Shown here: positions 40,558 through 54,868 of the stretch, piece by piece
How the letters are laid out: the number at the start of each line of letters is the position of its first letter
Numbering within the stretch: position 1 is the stretch's first letter
Source of the DNA: Octopus vulgaris
Taxonomy: Eukaryota
Assembly (NCBI GenBank): GCA_951406725.2
Contig: OX597829.1
Coordinates: 1,426,001 to 1,490,000, forward strand
Length of the DNA: 64,000 nt
Direction: 5' to 3'
Notes under the pieces: generated by a model
Told to the model about the DNA's origin: nothing
Database searches by the model: none
Seen by the model: the letters and a program-made list of their open reading frames with translations, nothing else
Program-made: the position numbers and the translations under genes

Positions 40558-42013
40558 TTTTTTTTTCTTCTTTCAAATTTTCTTCCATTTCTTGCCGAGT
40601 GTCTTCCCGACTCCTAGGGCAAAGAAACTCATAGTGTATATTGGTAGGCCATTAAACCAAACTCAGTAGTTCGTTCATTTTTTTTTTTTTTTTTTTTAAA
40701 GTTAAATTAAAATGCATGAGCAGCAACAGTTCTCACATCGACAATGCTCTTCTCAATACGTGTGATGTACCAGTTAAGACAATCTTTTGCACTTCTTGCA
40801 GGGATGGTAAGCCAGGGATCATTCTCATATAATTTTCGGTTCCCTTCTTGATCATTCCTAGTGCTCCTACGATCACTGGTATTGTAACCGCCTTGAGATG
40901 CCACATTTTCTCAATTTCAATGAGCAGGTCTTTATATTTTCTGAGCTTGTCAAACTCTTTCGCTGAGATATTATGATCACAGGGGATGCTCATGTCGATC
41001 AATAAGCAAACTTTATTGTTTTGGTCTTTCACAACAATATCTGGTTTATTAGCCTTGATGGTTCGGTCTGTATGTACTGGAAAGTCCCACAGAATGGTTA
41101 CATTTTCTCCTTCAGTTACAGCCTCAGGGTGGTGATTATACCACTTGTCGGCAGTTTTGATATTGTAATGCCGACTTATTAGCCAGTGGAGATATTGGCC
41201 AACTCTGTCATGTCTTAATTTATACTCCACTGGTGCTAAGACTTTACATCCAGAGATTAGGTGGTCCACTGTTTCAATCATGTCGTTGCAGAATCGGCAT
41301 TTTGGGTCTGCTCCATTTTTCATCACATTGGCCTGGTAGTTCCGGGTTGATAGGCTTTGGTCTTGAGCAGCCAGGATGAAACCTTCGCTCTCTGCTTTTA
41401 GCCCTGAGCTCCGCAGCCACTGATGGGTTTGCTTCTGGTCAACATCAGCTTGTTTGCTGCGGGTCACATATTTGCCGTGCAGAGGTTTCTCCTCCCACCT
41501 ATCAGCCAATTGCTCGTGCGCTTTTTTCATTGCCATCATTTTCACCTTCTTTGCAGCAATAGTTGCCGTACTTCCCTCGGGTTGTTCAGTTTGGGTATCC
41601 TGCACGAGATCAATAGCAAATTGTTTGCTTTCCTTGATGATAGAATGAAGCTTCTTTCGTCTCTCGTGATTTTCCACGAGCTTTAGCATCCAGTCATTCG
41701 ATATTTCGAGATATTTGGCCAGTCCAATTGTGGTTGTTTTGTAAGCTAGTTCAAATTGGATCAGGCCTCGACCTCCTTGGGTTCTGGGAAGGTAAAGGCG
41801 ATCTACGTCTGCCTTTGGGTGGTGCATCCTATTACAACTCAGCAGCTTGCGTATTTTTCTATCTATATTCTTTACTTCACTCATATTCCAGTTCAACACA
41901 TTGTAGCTATAAGTAACAACTGGAACTGCTAGGGAATTTATAGCTAACACCTTGTTACGTGCATTTAGTTCAGATTTCAGGACTGCACGAACTCTCCTAT
42001 AACATTCCTTCCT
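40558..42013 (-). mobile_element. Young 5'-truncated Dong/R4-like non-LTR retrotransposon in (TAA)n
   Basis: Uninterrupted ORF plus ~175-nt 3' UTR; (TAA)n tracts at 40495-40556 and 42021-42130. Confidence 0.92.
40733..42013 (-). CDS. C-terminal part of retrotransposon polyprotein: RT thumb/linker, CCHC knuckle, restriction-like endonuclease (partial, no native start)
   Basis: CRFC...ETVDHLISGC, RHD, ILWDF, NKPDIVV...LIDMSIP...KLRKYKDL motifs; frame open to the truncation point. Confidence 0.88.
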   Translation of the reverse strand, partial: RKECYRRVRAVLKSELNARNKVLAINSLAVPVVTYSYNVLNWNMSEVKNIDRKIRKLLSCNRMHHPKADVDRLYLPRTQGGRGLIQFELAYKTTTIGLAKYLEISNDWMLKLVENHERRKKLHSIIKESKQFAIDLVQDTQTEQPEGSTATIAAKKVKMMAMKKAHEQLADRWEEKPLHGKYVTRSKQADVDQKQTHQWLRSSGLKAESEGFILAAQDQSLSTRNYQANVMKNGADPKCRFCNDMIETVDHLISGCKVLAPVEYKLRHDRVGQYLHWLISRHYNIKTADKWYNHHPEAVTEGENVTILWDFPVHTDRTIKANKPDIVVKDQNNKVCLLIDMSIPCDHNISAKEFDKLRKYKDLLIEIEKMWHLKAVTIPVIVGALGMIKKGTENYMRMIPGLPSLQEVQKIVLTGTSHVLRRALSM

Positions 42014-42018
42014 AATAA

Positions 42019-42102
<84 letters not shown>

Positions 42103-42890
42103 CATTATTATTATTATTGCTATTATTATTACTTTCTCTTTGTCACAGGTTTAGTCAGAGCTCCCGGAGTCTTGCATGCGTAGCGGGCTTACTACCTTTA
42201 ATATTACTGTTATTGTTGTTGTTGTTGTTGTTGATAATATAAGGAGAGCTGACATAATCGTTAGCAGAATTCCTTCCTGTTTTACGTTCTGTGTTCAAAT
42301 TCCGCCTTTCGTCCTCTCTGGATCGATAAAATAATTATCAATCACGTACGTGGGTCAATGCAAATGACTTGCAGCCCGTCTCCACCTTAAATTTGTTAAC
42401 CTTGTGCCTAAGTTAAAAAGATTTTTTTTTTTTGGACTTCTTAACTTCGGCAATGTGATGCGAACTACTAACTTATCGACCCATTGTCTCGCAGATTCTG
42501 TCCTACAGTTCAGAGTGGTTCTTTACCGTCTGTTATTTCTACTGTAAAACCAAATAAGATCTAAAAATGAAGAATTCCAAAGCAAATTTGCAATCACATT
42601 ATTCTTGTTGTCAATTAAAGCCTTATATTTTCCTTCCTTCATTTTTTTCTGTACAATACCCAACATTGTAATCTCTGTCATTTGATATTCTTGAAATTGA
42701 ACATGTGTCAACATCACCTGACACGGCTTTCTTTTTATTTTTCATATTTTCTTCTTTAGTTTTTAATCTGTTGTGGCAATATGAAAAGAAAATAATTTGC
42801 ATCTTCCTCACCATTCTTGATCTTTCTTCTTTTATTCATAGCAAAGAATTGGCATTGCAACCAAGAATCGAAGTAGGTGGAACATATCCA

Positions 42891-42932
<42 letters not shown>

Positions 42933-43110
42933 CACACACACACACACGCACGCACACACACATACAACCTACACGGATTCAAAATTTAATATAAGCCAGC
43001 TGGAGATAAGGAAGATATGTATATACGTTTATGAGTTATCTACATTTATACATACATAAATATATATGCATGCACACGCACTCCCGCACAAACTCGCACG
43101 CGCACACAAA

Positions 43111-43535
<425 letters not shown>

Positions 43536-43590
43536 ATATATATATATATATATATATAATCAAAATAAGCAACAAGGATATCCAAGTTAG

Positions 43591-43679
43591 TGTAGTACAA
43601 TTGTTTCATGCTACTTCATTTTATTAAACACTTTAAGTATTACATCAGTTTTAAAATGTCGAGCACTCTTCAGCCACAT
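43591..43679 (-). ncRNA. Type I hammerhead-like motif with long stem II, in a short element between (TA)n tracts
   Basis: Reverse complement tgtgg-CTGAAAGA-gtgct...agcat-GAAAC-aatt-GTA-ctaca; one extra A in the core. Confidence 0.65.
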
Positions 43680-43714
43680 ATAGAATTTTTTAATTAAACG
43701 GACAATGCACATTC

Positions 43715-43777
<63 letters not shown>

Positions 43778-43780
43778 TAC

Positions 43781-45014
43781 ATGTGCGGTCTTTTTCAAAT
43801 TTATTTTAAACAAAGAAACTACAACAAAGTAATCAATAATATACTCTTCGTTGTTGTTTACGACTTCCTCCTATCTTTCAATAAGTCTTTCGATACCTCG
43901 GCTATAGCAATATCCCGGTTTTAACTCAAAGGATTCGTGTAGCCAAGCTCTCAATTTCACATCATTATTGAACGATGCACCACGCAAAGCGTTCGATAGC
44001 GGTCGAAAGCGATGAAAATCTGACGGTGCCAAGTCTGAAGATTATGAAGGATGAGACAGCATTTCCCATTCGAGTCGTGGCTCTGATCATATCGGTGATG
44101 TGAGGACGGGAGTTGTGTTGCAGAAGAATGCCGTTTCGCCTATTCGGTCTTTTTTGCTGAATTGCTTCGATGAGTCGGTGCAGTTGTTGTACGTAAAGCC
44201 CTGCATTGAGTGTTTGGTTGCGCTCAAGCAGTTCGTTATGAATTGTGCTTTCCCTGTTCCACCAGACACTCAACATCTTTCGTGGAGAAAGGTCTGTTTT
44301 GCACGCGAAGTCGCTTGTTTGTCGGGGCTGAGTCATTCTTGTCGCTGATGTATATTGATGTAAAGACACCATTTTTCATCGCCAATGACAATGCAGTAAG
44401 GAAAACGTTACTTGTGACCATGTGTTGAGCGACGTCGAGCGAGCAAAGTGGCGGCGATTGTGGAGCGTTGACCTTTGTCGTTTTCGTTCAAAGTGTGTGG
44501 CACCCAAGCGCTGAGTTTCTGAACTTTGCCTGTTGAGTGAATGTGGTTCACCACAGTTTTTTTTATCACAATCCATTTGATCCGCCAACTTCTCTGGTCG
44601 TTTGAGTCAATCGCTCTTCATCGATCTCAGTTGGTCGACTGGTATGTGATCTCTCCTTGAGATTAAAATTCTCATTTTGAAGCGCGAAAGCCAACGGCGG
44701 GCGGTACTTTGAAGCGTTGTTCCTTCTCCAAAGACAGTACCAATATCTCGAGCAGCTTCGGCAGCCGTAACACCTCGATTAAATGCAAAACGCAAATGGT
44801 GCCGAAAATGCTCACTTTTGTCCCTTTGACATTTCATTTTAATGATATGAAAACACACAAAAGTCAATAAAATTAAAAAATCAAAAGTCTCTATCTCGTA
44901 AAGCATAAAAATTCTCTTTTAAATAACATAAAACATTTTGCCAATGCATTTTATTTCTGCGTGCATTTTTAAATTTGAAAAAAAAAAAACGCTCATGAAT
45001 TATTCTTCAACCGA
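43781..45014 (-). mobile_element. Near full-length decayed mariner transposon
   Basis: HTH EHFRHHLRFAFNRGVTAAEAARDIGTVFGEG, IVIGDEKW, RKMLSVWW, HNSRPH, DLAPSDFH; left TIR partly lost; frameshifts. Confidence 0.88.
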
Positions 45015-45043
45015 TATATATTTATATATAACTGTTATATATA

Positions 45044-45600
45044 CAGTAGCGAGCAACGATTATTATTTTTTTTAATTTCGGAAAAGCTAGTAAACGTACA
45101 CATTCGTAATTGATTTCATAAATATGATTAACCATTGACTAAATTCTGTGAAAAATCCAAGTTTGTACGATGGTCTTAATAAAAGTTAACAACACTAATA
45201 TTAGTTTCGTGCAAATGTCTCATGTGTAAAAGAACGATCAAACGATCAGAACCAAATAAGAGAACGATCAAACCAAAAAAATGCTTCAATTAACTCAAAA
45301 CTATAACAGCGACTGAAAGAAATGTATATATGAACTTCATACAGTTAGTATGATGTTTGTTGGAGATCACCTCTGCACATTGTTTGCCACAGGACATAAC
45401 AAGCTTCCTGCACAAATCAGGTGATACTTACTTTCATTCCTCTTCCAAAATCTTCCATAAATTCTTCATAGTAGTCGGTGCCGTTTGTAATACTTTGTCT
45501 CCAAGTATCTTCCAAAGGTTTTCAATTGGATTCAAGTCTGAACTTTGTGGTGGTCACTTCATTACTTAGATATTTTGCTCATTAAAAAATCCAGTGACAT
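45044..45600 (-). mobile_element. Tc1-like transposon 3' fragment
   Basis: Minus-strand PPQSSDLNPIENLWKILG; TA-CAGT terminus at 45042-45047. Confidence 0.75.
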
Positions 45601-45652
45601 GCTTTGAGCTGGCAGAAACGTTAGCACCAGATATTCAAAAGTTCTGACTTAG

Positions 45653-45688
45653 CAGCTGATGATCGGAAACGAGCAACTCGGAGTACTG
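45653..45688 (+). ncRNA. Degenerate minimal hammerhead motif
   Basis: cag-CTGATGA-tcg(gaaa)cga-GCAAC-tcgga-GTA-ctg; same layout as 23153, GAAA changed to GCAA. Confidence 0.55.
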
Positions 45689-45741
45689 GAAATCGGTACT
45701 GGAAATAATGTACTTTGTGTCTGTATACATGCATTATACAT

Positions 45742-45785
<44 letters not shown>

Positions 45786-46085
45786 ATACGTAAATATATA
45801 CATATATATATATGTGTATGTATGTGTGCGTATATAGATAGATAGATATGCATACATATATATGCATACATATACATATGTGTGTGTGTGTGTATACACA
45901 CTTACACAGAGCTTCATATTGATACACTTGCATACATTTATATACAAAATGCCTTATAAATTCTAACTCCCGAGTGGAAATGTACGTGACAGCTTGACCC
46001 GACTCGATATTGTTGTCAATCCCCCCTCAAATCACGCTTTACTGCCTGAAAAAAAAAGAGGGAAGATATATTAAATATGTAAAGA

Positions 46086-46411
46086 GTAAAGACCTCTTTC
46101 GGTCATGAATGACCATGGAATTGCGCCTAAGAAGTACTCCTCCAAGGTACAAGTCCGGGTAAGGTTATTTGTGGTAGACCAGTAGTCGCTCATGCGTAGC
46201 AGCCTCTCCTCTCCCTGTCAAGGGAAAAGAAAAGGCCGATACAGCTTGGCACCAGTGATGTCACAACTCATTTCTACAGCTGAGTGAACTGGAGCAACGT
46301 GAAATAAAGTGTCTTGTTCAAGAATACAACATACAACCTGATCCAGGAATCGAACTCACTACCTCAAGATTGTGAGCTTGACGCTCTAACCATTGAGCCA
46401 TGTGCCTTCAC
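46086..46411 (-). mobile_element. tRNA-headed SINE with CORE/V-like central domain
   Basis: Reverse complement tggctcaatggttagagcg...gagttcgattcc, then cttgaacaagacactttatttcacgttgctccagttcactcagctg; related copy at ~57565-57785. Confidence 0.75.
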
Positions 46412-46604
46412 TGTATGCATTCATTTCATAAGAACAAAATCAGAATCACAAGGGCTGGAAAGCCTTATTGATTTATATATTCGACCATGTTGGTCTTGAG
46501 ACTAAAGAACAACAATAACAAGAACATCGTCTGTTTAGGAGACGAGGACAATTTAGTGGTGAGCTAGGGTACGATGTGGTCTGGAAGCGTCATATGATGT
46601 GGCC

Positions 46605-46914
46605 TCGTGGAAGCGTCATCCAACCAAAATGCAAATATATGGGAAACTACCACCTGTATCATCTCTTGTGAAAGGTGTAAGAGTCCAGTTTGCTGGACAT
46701 TGTTGTAGAGCTGAAAACGAGGCAATTTCTACTCTTCTCCTCTGAAAGCCATCTGTTCACGATGCCAGAGGGCACACACTCTCCTACCCTGATGTAATCT
46801 CCAGGGATACAGGCATCCAGCAACAGGACCTCCGTAATGCTATGATGGACCGTGAAGTCTGGCGTAACATAATAAATTCCATTGTTTCGACCACGGTAGA
46901 ACAATGATGATGAT
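46605..46914 (+). mobile_element. RTE-type LINE 3' end
   Basis: HPTKMQIYGKLPPVS...VQFAGHCCRA...AMMDREVWR ending in a (GAT)n tail. Confidence 0.75.
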
Positions 46915-47257
46915 TTAGTCATCCAGAGATTGAATGATGACTGATAGCTTGCACGATGACTTTGTTTAAAGTGAAGAAGAGTCGTACGCCGTCAACCTTA
47001 TCCTTTCGTCCGTGACCATCTTTAATCCAGTAACAAGGCCAGGTCTTCTTGTTCTACGCTCCCTAAATCTCTGGTGCCAACCCCTTCGCTGAACAATAAT
47101 GAGTTCTTTCGCAGAGTGTGCGGATTCAGCCTTCGTATGCACAGGTATGCAAGTCCTATCTCATTAAAAGTTACATGCCGTTGGCTACCCGTACCTGTCA
47201 AATATTATACACATTCTAACAATATCATATCATTTGGCAGATAATAGTAGAATGTAA

Positions 47258-47543
47258 TATTCTATTGTGTCTGGGGAGAGTCATTTTCTTTTTGTGCCTT
47301 ATTATGTAACACACTCACCAGTAAAATTTCCACGTGTTTCTTATTTTTATTGTCCTAATACACTTATTTTTAATTGTCCTAAAATTTTAGGACAATAAAA
47401 ATAAGAAAAACGTGGAAATTTTACCGGTGAGTGTGTTACATAATAAGACACAAAAAGAAAATGACTCTCTCCAGACACAATAGAATATGCTTCAACACAC
47501 GAACTCATATAAAGAATCTTGCAAACCAAATCCGAAGACGAAA
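47258..47543. mobile_element. Fold-back element family F, copy 2
   Basis: Inverted arms spanning 47257-47488 turning at cctaaaattttagg; 12-bp TSD agtagaatgtaa at 47246-47257 and 47544-47555. Confidence 0.85.
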
Positions 47544-47639
47544 AGTAGAATGTAAAGAACTGGAAAAAATACACCAACGACTATCATATTCAAAGCCTGA
47601 TGGAACATATTGAAAAATAAGTATGTACGTCACCGTTAG

Positions 47640-47679
<40 letters not shown>

Positions 47680-48153
47680 ATGTATTTTACAATAAAATGA
47701 AAGCCGGGTAGACGCTTGTTAATGGCATCAAAGCATTTATAAAATAGTTATACAGAAACGAGTGTTAAATAAAATATGTATATAAAAAAAAATTAAGCAG
47801 AAAAACAGGAAATTCAGCAAAGCAAGAATTCTTAGTAATTCCTTAAAGATAGGTAAATATCCTGAAATTTCAGACTCTAATATCTAATAGCACAGATAAA
47901 GAAGAGGAGGAGGAGTCGAGTAAATATGTGTGTGTGTGTATGTATGCGTGTGTGTACACTTACATACATATATGAATATACCCATGTGCACAGGTACATG
48001 CCTGTGTACAGAAGGTTGTATATGCGTATATCTTCTTTTCTCTGCAATTCTTATAATACTTCTTACGATGTCTGTTGCTCCCTTTCATTTTCTCTCTCTC
48101 TTTCTTCCTCCCTCCCTCTCGCTCACTCTTTCCCTTTTCCCGTCTTCCCCTCC

Positions 48154-48192
<39 letters not shown>

Positions 48193-48377
48193 TCTCTCTC
48201 TCTCTCTATCAACTATGTCTTCCGATGTATTTTTCTCTTCCAACATCCTCCATATATTTTCAACCGTCATCTTGACTTTTCTTTCATTGAAACCAAGATA
48301 TTTCTTTTGTTGTTGTTGTTTTTGTATACCTTTCCACCACTCATTCCATCTTCTGTCTATTTGTCTGTCTGCAACAC

Positions 48378-48431
<54 letters not shown>

Positions 48432-48834
48432 CTTTCCCTCTAAGACAGATATACACAAACAGTGACGCGCACACAAACACGCATTATTCACGATATTCAC
48501 CTTGTGTGAAGGAGCGAGGAGGTAATTTGTGTGTGAGTACGAGACTGCGATTCATATCTTTGAGTATATGTGATAGAGTGTGTGTGTGTGTGTGTGTGTG
48601 TATGCGTGTGTGTGTGCGAGCGCACGCGCGTGTGTGTGTGAGGGGGGTGGGTTGTTACTACTTTCTTCTTGTACAACTAGATTATGATGCATTAATGTTA
48701 GTTGACAGCAGCCCCGCCAATATAACCTGCTGCATGCAGGTTTGCACGTCCGGGAATCACACCAAACGAAGAGTAAACGATAGGCGCGCATTAATACTAT
48801 TACTCCTACAACTGCTGCTGCAGCTGGTTTTTAT

Positions 48835-48837
48835 AAT

Positions 48838-48893
<56 letters not shown>

Positions 48894-48967
48894 TTACTAC
48901 TGCTACTGCTACTACAACAACTACTACTACTACTACTACTACCACCAAAACTACTACTACTACTAAA

Positions 48968-49041
<74 letters not shown>

Positions 49042-49053
49042 TACTACTACTAC
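48835..49053. repeat. (ACT)n array
   Basis: Direct reading. Confidence 0.95.
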
Positions 49054-49323
49054 TGAAAAACAAGTCAGATAAACAAAAGAAAACTCAGTAAAAAAAAGTA
49101 TTGCCGTTTCAATGTCAGGTTCTGCAGAAAATATGTTGTTCTGCCTAAAAGTGCTTAGTGAGATAAATAACGAACACACACTCACACACACACCTTCTTC
49201 ACCATCTCAGTACACGCCACGGTACCTACGACCCTGTTACTGAACCTGCTGTCGACCCCCATACCATCACCCTGCCGCAGTGTACGGTTCCGTTAAAGCG
49301 CATCATTGCAAACCAATATACTG

Positions 49324-49380
<57 letters not shown>

Positions 49381-49400
49381 AGAGAGAGAGAGAGAGAGAG

Positions 49401-49470
<70 letters not shown>

Positions 49471-49686
49471 GTATAGTTATAGATATATATATATGAAGAG
49501 AGAGAGATGTCTATACATGAATATCTTGATCTATACATACGTACGTACTTACATTGTATACATTCAATTAAATACACAAAAATACAAGCACACATATGCA
49601 TACACCTATGTGTGTGTACATATATACGTGTGTGTGTACACACATATATATGAATATATTCATATATATATATGCATATAAATACG

Positions 49687-49721
<35 letters not shown>

Positions 49722-50187
49722 GAATATATATGTTATATACAAATACATAGAAGGTATATATATATTTATATATGTATGTATAATATATATAATATATACA
49801 CATATAGTCGTATACCTATAACAAACACACACACATATGTATATTTTGTGTGTGTGTAAGTGCGTGAATGTGTGTGTGTATGAATGTATATAGGTAGAAA
49901 CGTATAGTTACATGCGTATAGTCTTGCATTCATGTGAGCATTTAGACAAAATCATAAAAAGAAAAACCAAAAAAAAAACCCCAAAGAAACGCTCGCTCAT
50001 ATTGGATGGTAAATGAATTCCAAATGATTCTTAGTCAGTTGAAGGTTTTCGGTTGAACGAGAGTAAGCGAGCGAGCAAGAAGGAGAGAGAAAAAGAAAGA
50101 AAGAAAGACACAAACAAACAGACATACGAATAGAGAAAGAAAGAAAGTAAGAAAGTAAGAAAGACTGAGAGAAGGACAGAAAAAAGG

Positions 50188-50226
<39 letters not shown>

Positions 50227-51512
50227 CGGTTTCTCTTGCAAGAACTTTCTTCTTGCCCTTGAAAGCCGTAGTGAGGTCGATGATGTTGTTGGTGCTGATG
50301 TACATGATCGTCATCATCATTTTGATGGTGGTGGTCGTGGTGATGTTGGCGTTGTTGTTGTTGTTGTTGTTGTTGTTGTGGTAGTGCTGATAGTGGTGGT
50401 GGTGGTGGTGGTGGTGGTGGTGGTGGTGGAGGTTAATGATGCTGGTGGTAGTAATGGTTTGTAGCGAAGAGAAGCGATGTCTCGGTAAGGTTTGGGGGAA
50501 ACGACGTGGAATTCTCCATAAGAACACGTCAGAACGGATTCCACTCACACAATCCGTGATATTTATGTGCATTGGAAATAAGATCTCTTACTGAGCTGGG
50601 ATATTCTTTAGACTTACCAAACCTTCTTACTCTGTTCTCCTACCAAACCTGTACATTACAGACACATCAACGAACACGCAATACACACGCACGCACACAC
50701 ATATACGCATACTATATATACACACATATATAGATATGTAATAATACATATATATATATATATATATAATTATGTATATATATATATATATATACATAAT
50801 CATACAGACACACACTCAAACATTATATATATATATATATAATTATATACGCAATTATATATACATACATACAGTGATACATGCATACATAATAATAATA
50901 ATATATACACACACACACACACATAAACGTACACACGTGCATTCACACACATATTGCATCTGTAAAATCAATAATTATGTTTCCTCCTACACATCTGCCA
51001 AAAGATATTTGTGTCGACTGTTTGTGAATCTTCCGAGTCTATGTTCGGAAGAGCAATGCACTTACGCGTATTCTCGGTGGTGGGAACATATCTTGCATGT
51101 GCATGCGTTTCACATACACACACACACACACGTACCATATATATATGTATATATACGTTCGTTCCAGCATATATCCATTCATAAGAAAATAACTCGATCC
51201 CAGTACTAGAGTATAGACAAGTGAATGCGATCATCCGTCTTGAAATTTGCTGAGCGCACATATTTCACGGTACTATTATGCAGAGCTCTTGAGTCCACCA
51301 TTTTGATTTCTTTATCAAAATGGTGTTATGAGGTAAAGGGCGTAGTGTACATACTTCTGAGGTGTGGTTCAGATAGAGATATTTTGAACGACCGAATTAA
51401 GTTATATACATCCATACATACACCTGTCTGTATGCTTACATACATACATATATCTACACACATGCATATATATGTACAAGATACCTATCTATCTCTACCC
51501 TTCTCTCTCTCT

Positions 51513-51602
<90 letters not shown>

Positions 51603-51802
51603 CGTTTGTGTATATATATATATAAGGGCAAAAATTAATAAATAATTTCTTACCATTGTTCCGCACGTATATAATATTTCTCTGTGTTAACTTGTCATCT
51701 TTCCCATTTATTTCTCCTTGTTTACGTATTTCCCCTCGTTTTTCCCTTGTTCATTTATTTCATGTTATTTGCACGCTGGTGACGTCCTGTACTCATATAT
51801 GC

Positions 51803-51876
<74 letters not shown>

Positions 51877-51903
51877 ACAGATTTTTGAATTTTTCGTTAA
51901 TAA

Positions 51904-51972
<69 letters not shown>

Positions 51973-51982
51973 CATGTATATG

Positions 51983-52018
<36 letters not shown>

Positions 52019-52088
52019 TATGTATGTATGTATTATATATTATTTATATTATTTATTATTTAACTGAACACGACGCAGCAATTTCAAA

Positions 52089-52121
<33 letters not shown>

Positions 52122-52125
<4 letters not shown>

Positions 52126-52290
52126 CGCAGGAGTGGCTGTGTGATAAATAGCTTGTTTACCAACCACATGGATCTGGATTTAGTCCCACTGCGTGGCACC
52201 TTGGGCAAGTGTCTTCTACTATAGCCTCGGGCCGACCAAAGCCTTGGGAGTGGATTTGGTAGACGGAAACTGAAAGAAGCCCGTCGTATA
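52122..52290 (+). mobile_element. SINE family B, 5' half
   Basis: Matches other copies. Confidence 0.85.
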
Positions 52291-52670
52291 TATGTATATA
52301 TGTGTGTGTGTTTGCACTTGCACAGGTAATGTCGATCTGATGGAGGGAGGGAGCTTATGCCTGCACAAACATTTGATTACTATATAAAAAAAAGAAACAT
52401 GTGTGTGGTTGTTCGGTAAGAAACTGCCGAACCCTCATACGTCGTCTAACGACGGGAGAGTCCATCATACACACACACACAAACTGAGGGGGTGGAGCCG
52501 GTAAAATCCATGTTTCCCGGTTATCAGGTGTGTGTGTGTGTGTGTGTGTGTGTGCATGTGTGGTATGCTACAGACAAATAGATACAGAGAAACAGCTTCC
52601 CTTTCACTAAATATGTATTTCTTCACATATATTTATACATATTAGTACACGCATATATATGTATATGTAC

Positions 52671-52701
<31 letters not shown>

Positions 52702-52751
52702 AACACACGCACAAACTGAGAGAGTGTATATATATATATATATATATATAT

Positions 52752-52943
52752 AGGGAGAGTTTACGAAAACAACAAAAGACGAAGACAGGTGGTGTACAAA
52801 ACAAACAGATGTATTAGTATAACGCTCAGGAATAGAAAAAGTCTTTTAGGTTTCGAGCCTACGCTCTTCTACAGAAAGGGACACAGAAAAAACAAGGAGA
52901 GAAACAAAGAGAGAAAGGAAATGTGTGTAGTGGCTAACGATCT
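52752..52943 (-). mobile_element. (TA)n-associated ~190-bp element with hammerhead-like motif (52841-52879)
   Basis: Second copy at 60769; reverse complement cttt-CTGTAGA-a-gagc(gtag)gctc-GAAAC-CTA-aaag. Confidence 0.65.
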
Positions 52944-53392
52944 ATATGTATATAAGAAAATCAGAAAATAGAGAAGTAATTACTGAATTACTATTTATTA
53001 ATTAAAAAACTGACAAACATCTCTTATAGTTGTTTCAATTCAGACCCTCAGAAAATGAATCAATTAAATTAGAGATTATTTGACAGTTGAATCTCTTCTG
53101 AGATAAGATAAAGATATATAAATAGGTATTCAATTCCTTCATGTTGAGAAAACGGTCGCAAACCGTTTTGCAGCAGTGTGTGTGTGTATGCTTGTATGTA
53201 CGTGTGTGTGTGCGTGTGCGTGTGTGTGTGTGTGTGTACATGTGTGTGTGTGTGTGTGCGCGTGTGTGTGTGTCTGTTGCATATGTAAGTGTAGAATTTG
53301 TTCAGTTTTTAATTATCGTTTTAAGTTTCGTCGATTAAGAAAATTGAGGAAGCATTTTTGGGAAGATGCTGCTGCTGCTGCTACTGCTGCTG

Positions 53393-53434
<42 letters not shown>

Positions 53435-53537
53435 TTATTACTACTACTACTACTACTACTGCCGCTGCTGCGCCTGCTTCCAGTACAATTAATGAATGAT
53501 ACCAACCAAACATTTCGGATATTACTTACACACATAC

Positions 53538-53578
<41 letters not shown>

Positions 53579-53598
53579 TTTTATACATATATATATTC

Positions 53599-53685
<87 letters not shown>

Positions 53686-53690
53686 CATAC

Positions 53691-53725
<35 letters not shown>

Positions 53726-54324
53726 CTATATATATATATATACATATACATAGACATATACATATATACGTACATGTATATATATAAGACATATATATAT
53801 ATCCTGATCCATGTGTTTAATCTCTACAGTAATTGCTCTGTGCTATTCATTCCCTCAGCAAATAGATACCATTATTTATTTACAAATTACATTTGGTGAT
53901 AACAGACTCTTATCCTGTTATTCACCTTCATTTAATCAAACTTCTGATTCATGTCTCTTGTTCTTGCCTTTTCCTCTTTCTTTTTATACAGTTTTGTTTA
54001 TTTTTATTTCATTCCTTCTCTGTTTTTGTTTTTTTTGTTCTGTCTTGGTTTAGAGTATCAGCAATATTTTAGCTTTCACGGCTCATCATTATCGAAGACA
54101 ACGACATCGACGACCATCACCATCATTACCGCCTCCAGTATCACCATCACAACCAACTAACATCACTCTGACCGATACCCTACAACTACCAATAGCAGCA
54201 GTACCACCTACACTACCACCAACACCACAATCAGAAACACCACCTCCAACACCACTACCGCCAATTGCATTAACACCACCAACACCACAGCCACAGACAC
54301 CTATTACCACGACGAAAATCCACC

Positions 54325-54356
<32 letters not shown>

Positions 54357-54636
54357 CAACCAACAGCACTACCACCGCCACCAAAATCCTCCACTACAAT
54401 CACAGACGCTGCCGTCGACACCAACACACCATCATCACAATCAGTCACTACCTATGACCCTACCACATCCACCACCACTACGCTACCTATTACTTATGAC
54501 GTCATCGCTTCAACCATCATCAAACGTCAGCGCCACGACCAACAGCAACCATGACCATCACCACCGACACTTCTTTCATGACCATTACACCAACCTACAC
54601 ACGATGTCCCAACCAGCGCCACTACTATTACCATCA

Positions 54637-54868
54637 CCTATTTCTTTACTACCCACAAGGGGCTAAACATTAGAGGGGACAAACAAGGACAGACAAACGG
54701 ATTAAGTCGATTATATCGACCCCAGTGCGTAACTGGTACTTAATTTATCGACCCCGAAAGGATGAAAGGCAAAGTCGACCTCGGCGGAATTTGAACTCAG
54801 AACGTAGCGGCACATGAAATATGGCTACGCATTTCGCCCGGTGTGCTAACGATTCTACCAGCTCGCCT
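54637..54868 (-). mobile_element. SINE family A inside an ACC-rich low-complexity tract
   Basis: Full-length match; near-perfect TSD ctactattaccatcac / ctactactaccatcac. Confidence 0.9.

Noticed and set aside
42523-42814. Overlapping Lys/Asn-rich minus-strand ORFs near a possible GT donor
   Set aside because: No recognisable domain, needs a frameshift, AT-rich composition
49997-50572. Minus-strand ORFs with poly-H/N/T runs that resemble low-complexity exons
   Set aside because: No domain or clear acceptor; open frames are explained by trinucleotide repeats; RNA-seq needed
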